A DNA stretch of 64,000 nucleotides. It comes from Erysipelotrichaceae bacterium (GTDB lineage Bacteria; Bacillota_I; Bacilli_A; Erysipelotrichales; Erysipelotrichaceae). Shown one piece after another: positions 32,118 to 41,785 of the stretch. Made by a program: the position numbers and the translations under genes. The notes beneath the pieces were generated by a model. It saw only the letters and a list, made by a program, of their open reading frames with translations. It was not told the DNA's origin and did not search any database. Location: contig JAFRIE010000013.1 in NCBI GenBank assembly GCA_017432885.1, positions 17,956 to 81,955 of the forward strand. Reading direction: 5' to 3'. Positions within the stretch are counted from its first letter, which is position 1. Each line of letters begins with the position of its first letter.

Positions 32118-33219
32118 AATCTTCCAGTTCTCTGCACTTTTCCAGCAGTGAAATGATCGGGAGATGCTGAGGACAGACACTTTCACACTGACCGCACTGG
32201 ATACAGTCGCTGGCCTTGCCTTTCCCGGTCGTGACGATCACATATTCTCTCTTGGTCCTGAATTCCGGAGATCCCTTTTTTCTGTTTTCTACAGCAAAGA
32301 TATCAGGAATCGGAATTCCCATCGGACAGCCTTTTGTACAGTATCGGCAGGCGGTGCATGGAATGGACTGATCTGCATCGATCGCTTTCTGGGCTGCCGT
32401 GATGACCTGTTTCTCTGCTTCGTTTAAAGGCTTAAAATCTTTCATGTAGCTCAGATTGTTTTCCATCTGTTCCAGGCTGCTCATGCCGCTTAAAACCTTG
32501 AAAATCCCTTCCTGTGAAGCTACAAAACGGACTGCCCAGGATGCATAGGACGCATCAGGATCTGCCTCATTCAGGATCTTCTTGACACTTGGGATAGGAT
32601 CTGCCAGAATGCCTCCCTTGACCGGTTCCATGACGATCACCGGTTTGTTATGGGCTCTGCAGATCTCCAGGTTTTCTCTGGACTTGACACCCGGATTCTC
32701 CCAGTCGGCATAGTTGATCTGTAACTGAACAAAATCGACATCCGGATGCTTCTGCAACAGTTCTTCCAACAGTTCCGGATCGGCATGGAAAGAGAAACCG
32801 TAGTGTCTGATCAGTCCCTGTTCCTTCAACTGCTTCGCATAATCCCAAATGTGATATTCATCATACTTCTGATAGTTTCCTCTCTGCAGGGCATGTAAAA
32901 GGTAATAATCCAGATAAGTGGCCTGTGTTCTTTCCAGGGAAATATCAAATTCCCTCTTGGCATCTTCTTCGCTGCTGATATCCGGTGAACACATCAGCTT
33001 GCTGGCAAGGGTATAGCTGTCCCGCGGATAGCGCTCCACCAGAGCCTGACGGATCGCTTCTTCCGATCCCGGATAGGCATAAGCGGTATCAAAGTAGGTT
33101 CCCCCGGCTTCTATGAACAGATCGACCATCTTTTTGGTCTGTTCTACATCAATCGTTCCATCTTCCAGTTTTGGCAGTCTCATCAGTCCAAAACCGAGTT
33201 TTAGTCTGTTCTCATCCAT
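32116..33219 (-). CDS. Aldo/keto reductase with a C-terminal 4Fe-4S ferredoxin-like domain
   Basis: AKR N-terminus (GFGLMRLP, YFDTAYAYPGSEE) plus Cys clusters CTACRYCTKGCP and CIQCGQCESVCP. Confidence 0.8.
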   Translation of the reverse strand: MDENRLKLGFGLMRLPKLEDGTIDVEQTKKMVDLFIEAGGTYFDTAYAYPGSEEAIRQALVERYPRDSYTLASKLMCSPDISSEEDAKREFDISLERTQATYLDYYLLHALQRGNYQKYDEYHIWDYAKQLKEQGLIRHYGFSFHADPELLEELLQKHPDVDFVQLQINYADWENPGVKSRENLEICRAHNKPVIVMEPVKGGILADPIPSVKKILNEADPDASYASWAVRFVASQEGIFKVLSGMSSLEQMENNLSYMKDFKPLNEAEKQVITAAQKAIDADQSIPCTACRYCTKGCPMGIPIPDIFAVENRKKGSPEFRTKREYVIVTTGKGKASDCIQCGQCESVCPQHLPIISLLEKCRELED

Positions 33220-33232
33220 AATAAATCCTTAC

Positions 33233-35047
33233 CTATTTCTTCCACTTACCCAAAAGATAACGCATCTCGGCACCCTTGGAGATATTTCCATCGACTTTCA
33301 TCTGACCGTTTACAAACAGTTTATCTGCTGATACTGTTCCGTTCGCCATGTTGTAGAGATTATCGAAACTGGTAGATATCGTCACATCCGCACCATAGTA
33401 GCTGTACGGCTGCATCTCCATACCCTGCTTCGTACATTTGACGTAGAAAGTTCCCTCACCAGGTCCTTCGATACGGATCTGGGCAACATTCCGATAATCG
33501 TCATCCTGTTTTGAAAGATAGGCTTTACGGTATTCTTCCAGATCTCCATAGGCGACCTTCAGAACTTCATAGGCATCTTCAAAAGTGACGTTCGGATCAT
33601 AGCCGCTGCCGCAGATATCCGCATACATCTTCATGTAGGTCTGTGCGGAACGGTCCCAGGAGAAGTCTTTTCTCATACAGCGGTCCCGGATCGTCTTAAA
33701 GACATCGTTACGCGCAAAGTAGACCTTGATTGCTTCATCGATCGCCAGCATTAGTGATTTCGCATCATAGGAGGCAAAGGAGAAACCATCTCCGATTCCA
33801 TCGAAGTCGGAATACGGACGAATCGTATCCTTGAGTCCTCCGGTCTCATGGACGATCGGCACGGTTCCATAGCGCATGGCCATCATCTGGGAAAGACCGC
33901 ATGGTTCAAAGGAAGAAGGCATCAGGTAGAAGTCCGCTCCCGCAAAGACTTTGGCAGCCATTTCTTCGGTATACTGATCCGAAAAACCGAACTGTCCGGG
34001 ATATCTGTCCCTGCATTCATAGAAGTAATTGACATAGCGTTTTTCACCCTGGCCGAAAATGACGATCTGTATCCCTTTTTTCATCAACTCCGGCAATATC
34101 TGACAGATCAGGTCAACGCCCTTCTGTTCCACCAGTCTGGCCACCACCGCAAACAGAGGCCAGTTCTTTTCTTTTCTTAAGCCGAACTGTTCCTGAATAT
34201 ATTCCTTGCATTTCTCTTTTCCCCGTTTGTTTCTGACCATGAAATTGGCCGGAATACGCGGATCGCTTGCCGGATCATAGTGGGCAGGGTCGATACCGTT
34301 AAGAATACCGTACATCTTGGATTCGATCATATCGCAGACACCTTCCAGACCTTTGCCGAACTGCGGCGTATGAAGTTCTCTGGCATAAGTAGGCGATACC
34401 GTCGATACCGCGTCCGCCATCAGCATTGCTCCTTTCATCAGATTAATATCGGATCTTCCCTGGTAATCATAGGCAAGACCTCCTTCATACCATCCCGGAT
34501 CCAGGGCAAACGTGCTTGTCAGTTCGGAAGCCCCATACTGTCCCTGATAGGCAATGTTGTGGATGGTAAAAACCGTCTTGATATTCCGATATCGTCCATG
34601 AAGAGCCTGGTCATCTTTAAGATACATGACACACAAGGCGCTTTCCCAGTCGTTGCAGTGCAGAATGTCCGGGATGAAACCGATCTGATCCATTGAATCG
34701 ATCACTGCCTTGGAGAACCAGGCAAAACGGAAACGGTCATCGTCGTAGCCGTATAGCCTGTCCCGGTGAAACAGATCCATGTTATCGATGAACCAGACCG
34801 TAACACCGGATAAAACTGTTTTAAACAGACCGCAGTAAAGTGTCTTCTCGCCTAAAGAGACGGAAAAGTCTTTTACATATTCACATTCCTTTTCAAAACG
34901 GTCCCTGACACATTTGTAGTAGGGTGTAATGATCTCGACTTCATTGCCGCATTTTAACAGTGCCGGAGGAAGAGAGAAAGCCACATCCGCCAGACCTCCT
35001 GACTTCGAGTACGGCGCACATTCGCTGGTAACAAACAGGATCTTCAT
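33233..35047 (-). CDS. glgA: Glycogen synthase GlgA with a C-terminal SCP2-like extension
   Basis: MKILFVTSECAPYSKSGGLADV and a GT5 body to about residue 480. The last about 124 aa show an SCP2-type pattern (see findings). Confidence 0.85.
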   Translation of the reverse strand: MKILFVTSECAPYSKSGGLADVAFSLPPALLKCGNEVEIITPYYKCVRDRFEKECEYVKDFSVSLGEKTLYCGLFKTVLSGVTVWFIDNMDLFHRDRLYGYDDDRFRFAWFSKAVIDSMDQIGFIPDILHCNDWESALCVMYLKDDQALHGRYRNIKTVFTIHNIAYQGQYGASELTSTFALDPGWYEGGLAYDYQGRSDINLMKGAMLMADAVSTVSPTYARELHTPQFGKGLEGVCDMIESKMYGILNGIDPAHYDPASDPRIPANFMVRNKRGKEKCKEYIQEQFGLRKEKNWPLFAVVARLVEQKGVDLICQILPELMKKGIQIVIFGQGEKRYVNYFYECRDRYPGQFGFSDQYTEEMAAKVFAGADFYLMPSSFEPCGLSQMMAMRYGTVPIVHETGGLKDTIRPYSDFDGIGDGFSFASYDAKSLMLAIDEAIKVYFARNDVFKTIRDRCMRKDFSWDRSAQTYMKMYADICGSGYDPNVTFEDAYEVLKVAYGDLEEYRKAYLSKQDDDYRNVAQIRIEGPGEGTFYVKCTKQGMEMQPYSYYGADVTISTSFDNLYNMANGTVSADKLFVNGQMKVDGNISKGAEMRYLLGKWKK

Positions 35048-35151
35048 ATTTCATTCTCCTTGTATGATGATTGACATTGTTTTGTTTCTTATATTGTATC
35101 ACTGAATACGGTGCCTTAAGAGGCATACATAAAGAAAGGACTGTTTGAAAA

Positions 35152-35176
35152 GAATGAAAAAAGAGCTGACGCTCTT
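35152..35176 (-). terminator. Intrinsic terminator after the PNPOx-like gene
   Basis: Minus strand AAGAGC-GUCA-GCUCUU followed by UUUUUCAUU. Confidence 0.6.
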
Positions 35177-35191
35177 TTGTGTAAACGTTGT

Positions 35192-35584
35192 CTATAGTTT
35201 TACGGTTCTAGGAGCTTCCGTAAAGGAATAGAAAGTCGCTTCCGCTTCCTCAAAGTACAGGACAATGGTATTGTCATCATTCTCGTCGTACATGCCTCTA
35301 AGACTCGGATTCTTATCCAGCATGTCTTTCTTGGCCTCTACTCTGTCATCCGGAATCAGCTTTCCTGTCAGTCTAAGCCATCTCCCGTCCTTGAAGCAGC
35401 AGATCTCCGCCTTTGGATCCACCAGAAGCTGTCTGTAACAGTCCTTCTTCTTTCCGGTCTGAATGTAGAGTTTTCCTTCAAACTCTTCCGCCGTACCGAA
35501 CGGCCTTACTCTAGGCTGATCGCCCTCCAGTGTTGCCAGATAATAAACACCGCACGACTTGATAAAATCCAATACTTCTTTCAT
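35192..35584 (-). CDS. Pyridoxamine 5'-phosphate oxidase family (FMN-binding split barrel) protein
   Basis: YYLATLEGDQPRVRPFG pattern; 130 aa. Confidence 0.7.
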   Translation of the reverse strand: MKEVLDFIKSCGVYYLATLEGDQPRVRPFGTAEEFEGKLYIQTGKKKDCYRQLLVDPKAEICCFKDGRWLRLTGKLIPDDRVEAKKDMLDKNPSLRGMYDENDDNTIVLYFEEAEATFYSFTEAPRTVKL

Positions 35585-35586
35585 TT

Positions 35587-36249
35587 TTATTCTCCTGTCT
35601 TTACTGTAAGTTTATATTCACCCGATGCGTAGGAAGCCACAAAGTTTCTGATCAGTTTAAGCGCATTGTCATTTGCCTTATCCAGAATGCCTTTCTCGAT
35701 CGCTTTTTCTTCTTCCGCATGGATCAGCTCCGCAAAAGAGACCGCATAATCCTGCGGATCGATCGGATTCAGAATGTTGTTTTTAACTTCATAGAAAACA
35801 TAGCTGTCCGGATCGATGACAGAACTCAAGATCCTGGCCTGAGGAAGGATGACTGTCAGTTCTTTCTTCTCCGTATCTTTTTCTACCCTGACTGCAGAGA
35901 AATCAATACCTGCCTTGATCTCTCCGTCATAACTGTAAGAAAAACTGTTGGTCGTAAGCGGAATATCGTGGATGAAATTGATTCCGATACTGGTAAGATC
36001 GATCTTCTTGGTACTTTCTACCGTCTCCACGCGGGAGAAATAGTATTCCGCCGTATTCAGCTCACCCAGTTCCCGGATCCCCGACTGCAGCGTTTCTCCT
36101 AAGACCGTCATTTCTTCCTGAATGATCCCTTCCTTATCGGTAGCCATCGGATCCACTCTTTTGGAGTATACCTCAAAATACCACCACGATCCGCCGATGC
36201 AAAGTATCGCCACCAGGAGCAGCAGTTTTATCACGTTCTTGATTTTCAT
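35587..36249 (-). CDS. Membrane-anchored protein, DUF4230-like
   Basis: Single N-terminal TM helix plus about 190 aa outside. Family call is from memory and weak. Confidence 0.4.
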   Translation of the reverse strand: MKIKNVIKLLLLVAILCIGGSWWYFEVYSKRVDPMATDKEGIIQEEMTVLGETLQSGIRELGELNTAEYYFSRVETVESTKKIDLTSIGINFIHDIPLTTNSFSYSYDGEIKAGIDFSAVRVEKDTEKKELTVILPQARILSSVIDPDSYVFYEVKNNILNPIDPQDYAVSFAELIHAEEEKAIEKGILDKANDNALKLIRNFVASYASGEYKLTVKTGE

Positions 36250-36252
36250 CGA

Positions 36253-36825
36253 TTACTCCTTTAACAGTTCTTTACCGATGGAGAATGCCTGTCCGGCCTT
36301 TTCACCGACTGTATAATACCCGTTTTGAAACTGGTCGAACATCAGGGCATTCAGCCTATTCACGTCGACTTTCCCGTTTTCACTTAACACTTTCTCATCT
36401 GCAGAAACATTCACGATCTTTCCGACAACGCCAAAGATGCTTTCGGTTTCTATGATTTCAAACAGTTCACATTCCATGACCAGCGGGAATTCTTCGACGA
36501 CCGGTGCATGTACATGTGTGCTCTGCACAGCATGGAGACCGCTTATCTCGAACTTGTCTTTCTTCTGATTGGCTGAAACCATGCCGAAATAATCCGCTTC
36601 TTTCATATGCGCTACATCGGCCAAAGCTACCGTAAAAGCCTTGTGCAGGCGAATGTTTGCCGTTGTTTTATGAGTCTCTGTCAGCGAGAGGATGATCTTG
36701 TCGTAATCACAGATCTGCCCCCAGGCTGCATTCATAACGTCTACTTTATCTTCTTCATCGTATGTGCCGATCATCAATACCGGCATAGGGAATACTGCAG
36801 GAATAGCACCCAGATCTTTTTTCAT
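36253..36825 (-). CDS. Flavin reductase family protein (flavoredoxin-like)
   Basis: AVFPMPVLMIGTYDEEDKVDVMNAAWG pattern. Confidence 0.75.
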   Translation of the reverse strand: MKKDLGAIPAVFPMPVLMIGTYDEEDKVDVMNAAWGQICDYDKIILSLTETHKTTANIRLHKAFTVALADVAHMKEADYFGMVSANQKKDKFEISGLHAVQSTHVHAPVVEEFPLVMECELFEIIETESIFGVVGKIVNVSADEKVLSENGKVDVNRLNALMFDQFQNGYYTVGEKAGQAFSIGKELLKE

Positions 36826-36905
36826 CTCAAATACCTCCTAATTCAATATTAACAAATTTTTATTTGGAATATGTTAAAGTTAATTTGACCTAAGGAGAAC
36901 ATAAT

Positions 36906-37727
36906 ATGAGCGAAGTGTATCAAAAATGCAGTGAAGCAGCCGCCTATATCAGGACCTGCTTTGACGCACAGGGAGCTATCGGACTGATCCTGGGATCGGG
37001 ACTGGGAGAACTGGGTGATGAGATCGAGGATGCCGGAATCGTCAACTATGCGGATATTCCAAACTTTCCGGAAACGACCGTTCCGGGACATGCCGGTCAG
37101 CTGATCTGCGGAAAACTGAATGGCGTAAAAGTCCTGTGTATGAAGGGACGTTTTCACTTCTACGAAGGACATGACATGCAGACGGTAGCGATGCCTGTGA
37201 GGGTCATGAAACTGCTGGGCGTGAAAGCGGTGATCGTAACCAATGCGGCAGGGGGCGTCAACAGGACATTCAAGCCGGGAACCTTGATGTTTATCGATGA
37301 TTTTATCAACTACATGGGTGATAACCCGTTATACGGACCGAATGCCGATGAGTTCGGACCGCGTTTTCCGGACATGACCAAGGCAATCGATGAAGAATAC
37401 AATCGTTTGGGTAAAAAGTGTGCTGAAGAACTGGGTATCGAAGCCAGAAGCGGCGTCTACATGTCTTTCCGGGGGCCGAACTTTGAAACACCGGCAGAAA
37501 TCAGGTTTGCGGAAACGATCGGTGCAGATGCGGTAGGTATGTCTACGGTGCCGGAGATCCTGGCAGCCAGACACTGCGGTCTTAGACTGATCGGCATTTC
37601 CTGTATTACCAACATGGCGGCAGGCATTACCGGAGAAGAGCTGTCACACGAAGAGGTCCAGGAGACGGCCGATCGGGTCAAGGGACAGTTCAAGCAGCTG
37701 ATCAAAGAGATCGTCGGCAGAATGTAA
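36906..37727 (+). CDS. punA: Purine nucleoside phosphorylase (trimeric PunA type)
   Basis: GLILGSGLG, GRFHFYEG, NAAGG and VGMSTVPE motifs. Confidence 0.85.
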   Translation: MSEVYQKCSEAAAYIRTCFDAQGAIGLILGSGLGELGDEIEDAGIVNYADIPNFPETTVPGHAGQLICGKLNGVKVLCMKGRFHFYEGHDMQTVAMPVRVMKLLGVKAVIVTNAAGGVNRTFKPGTLMFIDDFINYMGDNPLYGPNADEFGPRFPDMTKAIDEEYNRLGKKCAEELGIEARSGVYMSFRGPNFETPAEIRFAETIGADAVGMSTVPEILAARHCGLRLIGISCITNMAAGITGEELSHEEVQETADRVKGQFKQLIKEIVGRM

Positions 37728-37730
37728 AGA

Positions 37731-37766
37731 AAAAGCCATAGATCATTGATTTATGGCTTTTTATTT
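37731..37766 (+). terminator. Intrinsic terminator after punA
   Basis: AGCCAUA, an 11-nt loop, UAUGGCU, followed by UUUUAUUU. Confidence 0.65.
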
Positions 37767-37768
37767 GA

Positions 37769-38593
37769 ATGCGATATAATGAAACCACGATGATACAGGA
37801 TATTGACCCGAACAGATACGATGTTTCCTATAAACCATGTCAGGTGGAAGATGACGACTTTGTTTTTCTTTTCAACCGGAACAGACAAACTGTTCTATTC
37901 CATAATGACATTGCCCGATACAAAGATCTTAAACATCGTCTGATTTCGGTGCAGTACCTGTTCTCGATCGACGAAGAACGGTTCTTCCTGGGTGTACAGA
38001 AAGATGAAGATTTTGAATGGGTCGCTGTCAGAAAACAGTTCCCGTTTCTAAACAAGACACACTGTTTCGCCTTATCCACAGCGCTTCATCTGTACCGCTG
38101 GTATTCCAGTCATATCTACTGCGGCGGATGCGGGCAGAAACTAAGACACATGGAAAATGAAAGAGCACTGAAATGTGACTGCTGCGGACAGATCTTCTAC
38201 CCCGTTATTTCTCCTGCTGTCATCGTAGCCGTAAGAAACGGGGAAAAGCTTCTGATGTCCCGCTATGCCGGAAGAGAGTACAGCGGAATGGCGCTGCTGG
38301 CAGGGTTCTGCGAGATCGGTGAAACGCCGGAGGATACCTGCAGAAGAGAAGTCATGGAAGAAGTCGGCATTCGAATCAAGAATATCCGTTACTTTGCCTC
38401 ACAGCCATGGGGCATAGAATCGGATCTGCTTCTGGGTTATACGGCCGAAGTAGATGGCGAAGACAGCTTGCGTGTGGATCACAATGAACTGGCAGAAGCA
38501 GTCTGGATCGACAGAAAAGACATTGAGGAGAGGACCGATCTGCGATCCCTGACCGCAAGTATGATTGAAGCCTTCCGTAAAGGAATCCTATAA
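37769..38593 (+). CDS. nudC: NAD+ diphosphatase NudC
   Basis: Zinc ribbon CGGCGQKLRHMENERALKCDCCGQ followed by the Nudix box GFCEIGETPEDTCRREVMEEVG. The start may be the downstream ATG at 37790. Confidence 0.8.
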   Translation: MRYNETTMIQDIDPNRYDVSYKPCQVEDDDFVFLFNRNRQTVLFHNDIARYKDLKHRLISVQYLFSIDEERFFLGVQKDEDFEWVAVRKQFPFLNKTHCFALSTALHLYRWYSSHIYCGGCGQKLRHMENERALKCDCCGQIFYPVISPAVIVAVRNGEKLLMSRYAGREYSGMALLAGFCEIGETPEDTCRREVMEEVGIRIKNIRYFASQPWGIESDLLLGYTAEVDGEDSLRVDHNELAEAVWIDRKDIEERTDLRSLTASMIEAFRKGIL

Positions 38594-38596
38594 GAA

Positions 38597-38623
38597 ACCC
38601 TCCATACCGGAGGGTCTTTTTTA
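38597..38623 (+). terminator. Intrinsic terminator after nudC
   Basis: CCCUCC-AUACC-GGAGGG followed by UCUUUUUUAUU. Confidence 0.7.
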
Positions 38624-38711
38624 TTCGTTGATCAGCTGTATCCCGGCAGCAGTACACGCATAAACCAGACAAACAGTTTTTTCATTTCATCGATCTTTTC
38701 CTGCCTCTGAT

Positions 38712-39440
38712 CTATTCGACATAGAAGATCTCGGCGATCTCTCCCTGCTCATTGATCTTCAGACAGCTTAATTTGCCTAAACCGCTTCCCATGGCACAGC
38801 CGCAGTCGATATTGTACCATACATAACCATTCCCAAAATCGTGAACAAAAACCTCATCCTTCCCGGAGAGTCTCCTGCTGATGATGTGTCCGGAAATCAA
38901 AGTAATTGGTTCCTCTATTGTTTCGTGGCAACTGAGCATTTCCAGAGAATACGGAAACATATTCCAGACAAAGTCCTGTATCTCCATCAGGCGGCCTTCA
39001 TAATCTTTCGTAAAGCGGTCGATACCATCGACCATAACGCCGGTATGGGAAAGAATATATCTATGTCCTTCGATCTCCAGATTCCTTACAACAGTAGTCC
39101 TGTTGCGGATGAAAGAAACGAACGCTTCTCTCTGTTCCTCATCGAGATCCATCAGCTTCTGATACGTTTCCCTTCCTCCGTTAGCCGCAAAAAACCAGGA
39201 TTCCTCATCCAGCCCATCCAGGTATGTCAGCATCATATGCTCATGGTTGCCAAGAAACATTTCCACATTTTCTCTATCCATGATATCCTGAAGTATCTTA
39301 AAACTGTCTGGTCCCCTGTCGATGACATCGCCCAGTACGTAAAGCCTGTCATCTTCTTTCAGATCGATTTTCTTTAACATGGCCTCATATCTATCGTAGA
39401 GACCGTGGATATCGGACATGATATAAATGTTACTCATCAA
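38712..39440 (-). CDS. Metallophosphoesterase (PPP-family Ser/Thr phosphatase, ApaH/PrpE-like)
   Basis: SDIHG, LGDVIDRGPDS and GNHE motifs. Confidence 0.8.
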   Translation of the reverse strand: MMSNIYIMSDIHGLYDRYEAMLKKIDLKEDDRLYVLGDVIDRGPDSFKILQDIMDRENVEMFLGNHEHMMLTYLDGLDEESWFFAANGGRETYQKLMDLDEEQREAFVSFIRNRTTVVRNLEIEGHRYILSHTGVMVDGIDRFTKDYEGRLMEIQDFVWNMFPYSLEMLSCHETIEEPITLISGHIISRRLSGKDEVFVHDFGNGYVWYNIDCGCAMGSGLGKLSCLKINEQGEIAEIFYVE

Positions 39441-39461
39441 TTACAATTATAAAACGTATCG

Positions 39462-39494
39462 GAAACAAAAAGAAAACCATCTTTTCAGATGGTT
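39462..39494 (-). terminator. Intrinsic terminator after prs
   Basis: Minus strand AACCAUC-UGAAAA-GAUGGUU followed by UUCUUUUUG. Confidence 0.65.
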
Positions 39495-39499
39495 CGTTC

Positions 39500-40912
39500 T
39501 TATTCGTAAAGAGAATAGACTTCCGATACCGGCGTATGGCAGGATACGGCAAGGATCAGTTTGGACAACATCCAGCCGATAGACAGCGTTGTGATTTTGT
39601 CAGTGTTTTTCAGATCCTCGGCACACGGAATGATCGTATTGGTTACGACGACTTCCTTGATCGGAGAATCCTGAATACGGATCGCCGCATTGTTTGAGAA
39701 GAGTCCGTGCGTCACACAGACGTAGATGTCTCTGGCGCCGTGTTCTTTTAAAATATTCGATGCGGCAATCAGGGAGCCGCCTGTATCGCAGATGTCGTCG
39801 ACAATGATCGCATCCTTGCCTTGTACATCACCGATCACATTGCAGGCTTCTACGACGTTGGCCTGCGGACGTCTCTTATCAATGATAGCCAGTGGCGTTT
39901 CCAGCATTTCCGCCATGATCCTGGCACGTTTGACGCCGCCATGGTCCGGGGATACGACCACCAACTGTTCCGGATCAAAGTGTTTTCTCTTGAAGTACTG
40001 TCCCATCATCGGCACTGTCGTCAGATCGTCGACCGGGCAATAGAAGAAACCCTGGATCTGTGCGGCATGCAAATCAAACGTTACAACACGGTTCGCTCCG
40101 GCATGTTCCAGCATTGAAGCGACCAGTTTTGCCGTGATCGGCTGTCTCGGCATGGCTTTCCGATCCTGTCTGGCATAGCCGAAATAAGGGATGATACAGG
40201 TAATCTCGGCTGCCGAAGATCTTCTTAAGGCATCCAGACAGATCAGTACTTCCATCAGGGTATCGTTGACCGGCTTGCAGGTGCTCTGAATGATGTAACA
40301 TCTCTTTCCTCTGACACTTTCACCCAGCTCGATCAGCGTTTCGCCATCCGCGAAATGTTTGACATCGATCTTGCCCGGTTCAATGTTCAAATAGTTACAT
40401 ACTTCTTTTACCAGAGAAACGCTGGAAGTCAGCGGAAAGACGACGACATCGTCCAGGCTTTCTTCCTTGGATGTCAATGCGTCTTCAACGGTAAACTTTC
40501 TGACTGTCTTGTGTTTAATTTCAATCGGCTGATAGTGGATCTTTTCATAGTCGTTCAGTCTGCTGCTGCGGATGGCAAAAGACTCAAGGATCCTTCCTTC
40601 CTGCACCAGCATTGCCGCATCGTAATCCTGCGACATCAGTCTGGTGTAGTCGTCGCCATTCAAGTCGGGAAACAAAGGAGAAACCAGTAAAGTCTTTCCT
40701 TCTGAATCGATTTCAGCCAATACATCCGCCACACTGTTTTTTATGACACATCCCGGCACTTCCGATTCCGCACCGATGATGAAAATATCCCTGATATCCT
40801 TCAGTTTACGGATTTCTTTCACGACATGTAACAGCAGATTACCGCCCAGATAAGGAGCTTTCGATAACTGCTTCTCTTGTTCATCCCGGATAAAAATAAT
40901 CGCGTTATTCAT
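39500..40912 (-). CDS. prs: Ribose-phosphate pyrophosphokinase with a roughly 150-aa N-terminal GlmU-like (degenerate nucleotidyltransferase) extension
   Basis: The C-terminal about 315 aa has KHFADGE, IIPYFGYARQDRKA and IIVDDICDTGGS. See findings for the N-terminal part. Confidence 0.85.
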   Translation of the reverse strand: MNNAIIFIRDEQEKQLSKAPYLGGNLLLHVVKEIRKLKDIRDIFIIGAESEVPGCVIKNSVADVLAEIDSEGKTLLVSPLFPDLNGDDYTRLMSQDYDAAMLVQEGRILESFAIRSSRLNDYEKIHYQPIEIKHKTVRKFTVEDALTSKEESLDDVVVFPLTSSVSLVKEVCNYLNIEPGKIDVKHFADGETLIELGESVRGKRCYIIQSTCKPVNDTLMEVLICLDALRRSSAAEITCIIPYFGYARQDRKAMPRQPITAKLVASMLEHAGANRVVTFDLHAAQIQGFFYCPVDDLTTVPMMGQYFKRKHFDPEQLVVVSPDHGGVKRARIMAEMLETPLAIIDKRRPQANVVEACNVIGDVQGKDAIIVDDICDTGGSLIAASNILKEHGARDIYVCVTHGLFSNNAAIRIQDSPIKEVVVTNTIIPCAEDLKNTDKITTLSIGWMLSKLILAVSCHTPVSEVYSLYE

Positions 40913-40948
40913 GGTTTTCTCCTTTATATACAGATTTATTATACTCTT

Positions 40949-41785
40949 TTATTGATTCAATGTTCTTGTAAAACGGATATAATAGCTGCTGTCTTTCAGT
41001 TCTTCCGCAATCTTTCTGATCTTGTTTCTGTCTTCGTCGATACAGAAAACCGTCGATCCGCTCCCCGACATCAGCACATTGCGTCCTCCGGCAGAGATCA
41101 GCTTTTCCTTGACGCTTACGATATCCTCGTTCAAGCGGAATGCCGGCTGTTCCAGAGAGTTACCCAGCAGACCGTCGATACCGGAACCGCTGATCAAAGC
41201 CTCTTTCAGTTTTTCAATATCCGGATGATCGCATTCATTCAGATCAAGAAGTTCATAGGCCTGTCTAGTAGAAACACCGGACCACGGTTTTACCAGAAGA
41301 ATATAATAGACTTTCTTCAGAGATATTCTTTCTATCTTTTCTCCCAGACCGGAAACAACAGCCGGAACATTATAGTAGTTGAACGGCACATCCGCTCCTA
41401 CCTGCATACAGATTTCCCGGATCTCGTCGTCTGTCATATTCAGATGATGAAGTTTTTTCAGGATACGTAAGGCGGCTGCCGCGTCGGCAGTACCTCCCCC
41501 CAGTCCGGCCTGTGTCGGGATCTGTTTGTTCAGTACAATGCGGTAATGATCCTTTAGAGAATAGCGTTGTTTCAGGATGTTTATCATCTTGATGACGGAA
41601 TTCTCTTCGGTATTACGGATATAATGGCGGTTGCACCTGTACTCGTCCTTGTCGGAGACGGCGATCTCCAGTTCGTCGTAAAAATCGATTGGAAGCATGA
41701 TGGACTTCAGATCATGGTAACCGTTTTCCCTGACGTTGAAAATATCCAGAGAAAGATTGATCTTGGCATAGGCGCGCTGTTTCAT
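40949..41785 (-). CDS. ispE: 4-diphosphocytidyl-2-C-methyl-D-erythritol kinase
   Basis: AYAKINLSLDI, PTQAGLGGGTADAAA (GHMP kinase motif) and MSGSGSTVF. Confidence 0.9.
   Translation of the reverse strand: MKQRAYAKINLSLDIFNVRENGYHDLKSIMLPIDFYDELEIAVSDKDEYRCNRHYIRNTEENSVIKMINILKQRYSLKDHYRIVLNKQIPTQAGLGGGTADAAAALRILKKLHHLNMTDDEIREICMQVGADVPFNYYNVPAVVSGLGEKIERISLKKVYYILLVKPWSGVSTRQAYELLDLNECDHPDIEKLKEALISGSGIDGLLGNSLEQPAFRLNEDIVSVKEKLISAGGRNVLMSGSGSTVFCIDEDRNKIRKIAEELKDSSYYIRFTRTLNQ

Noticed and set aside
36849-37172. A 107-aa minus-strand ORF at the punA 5' end.
   Set aside because: It overlaps the punA start region in antisense. It has no RBS and no recognisable motifs.
39500-40912. Separate glmU-fragment and prs genes.
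   Set aside because: A single uninterrupted frame with no internal stop joins the two parts. It is treated as one fusion CDS, with the caveat that an internal start cannot be excluded.
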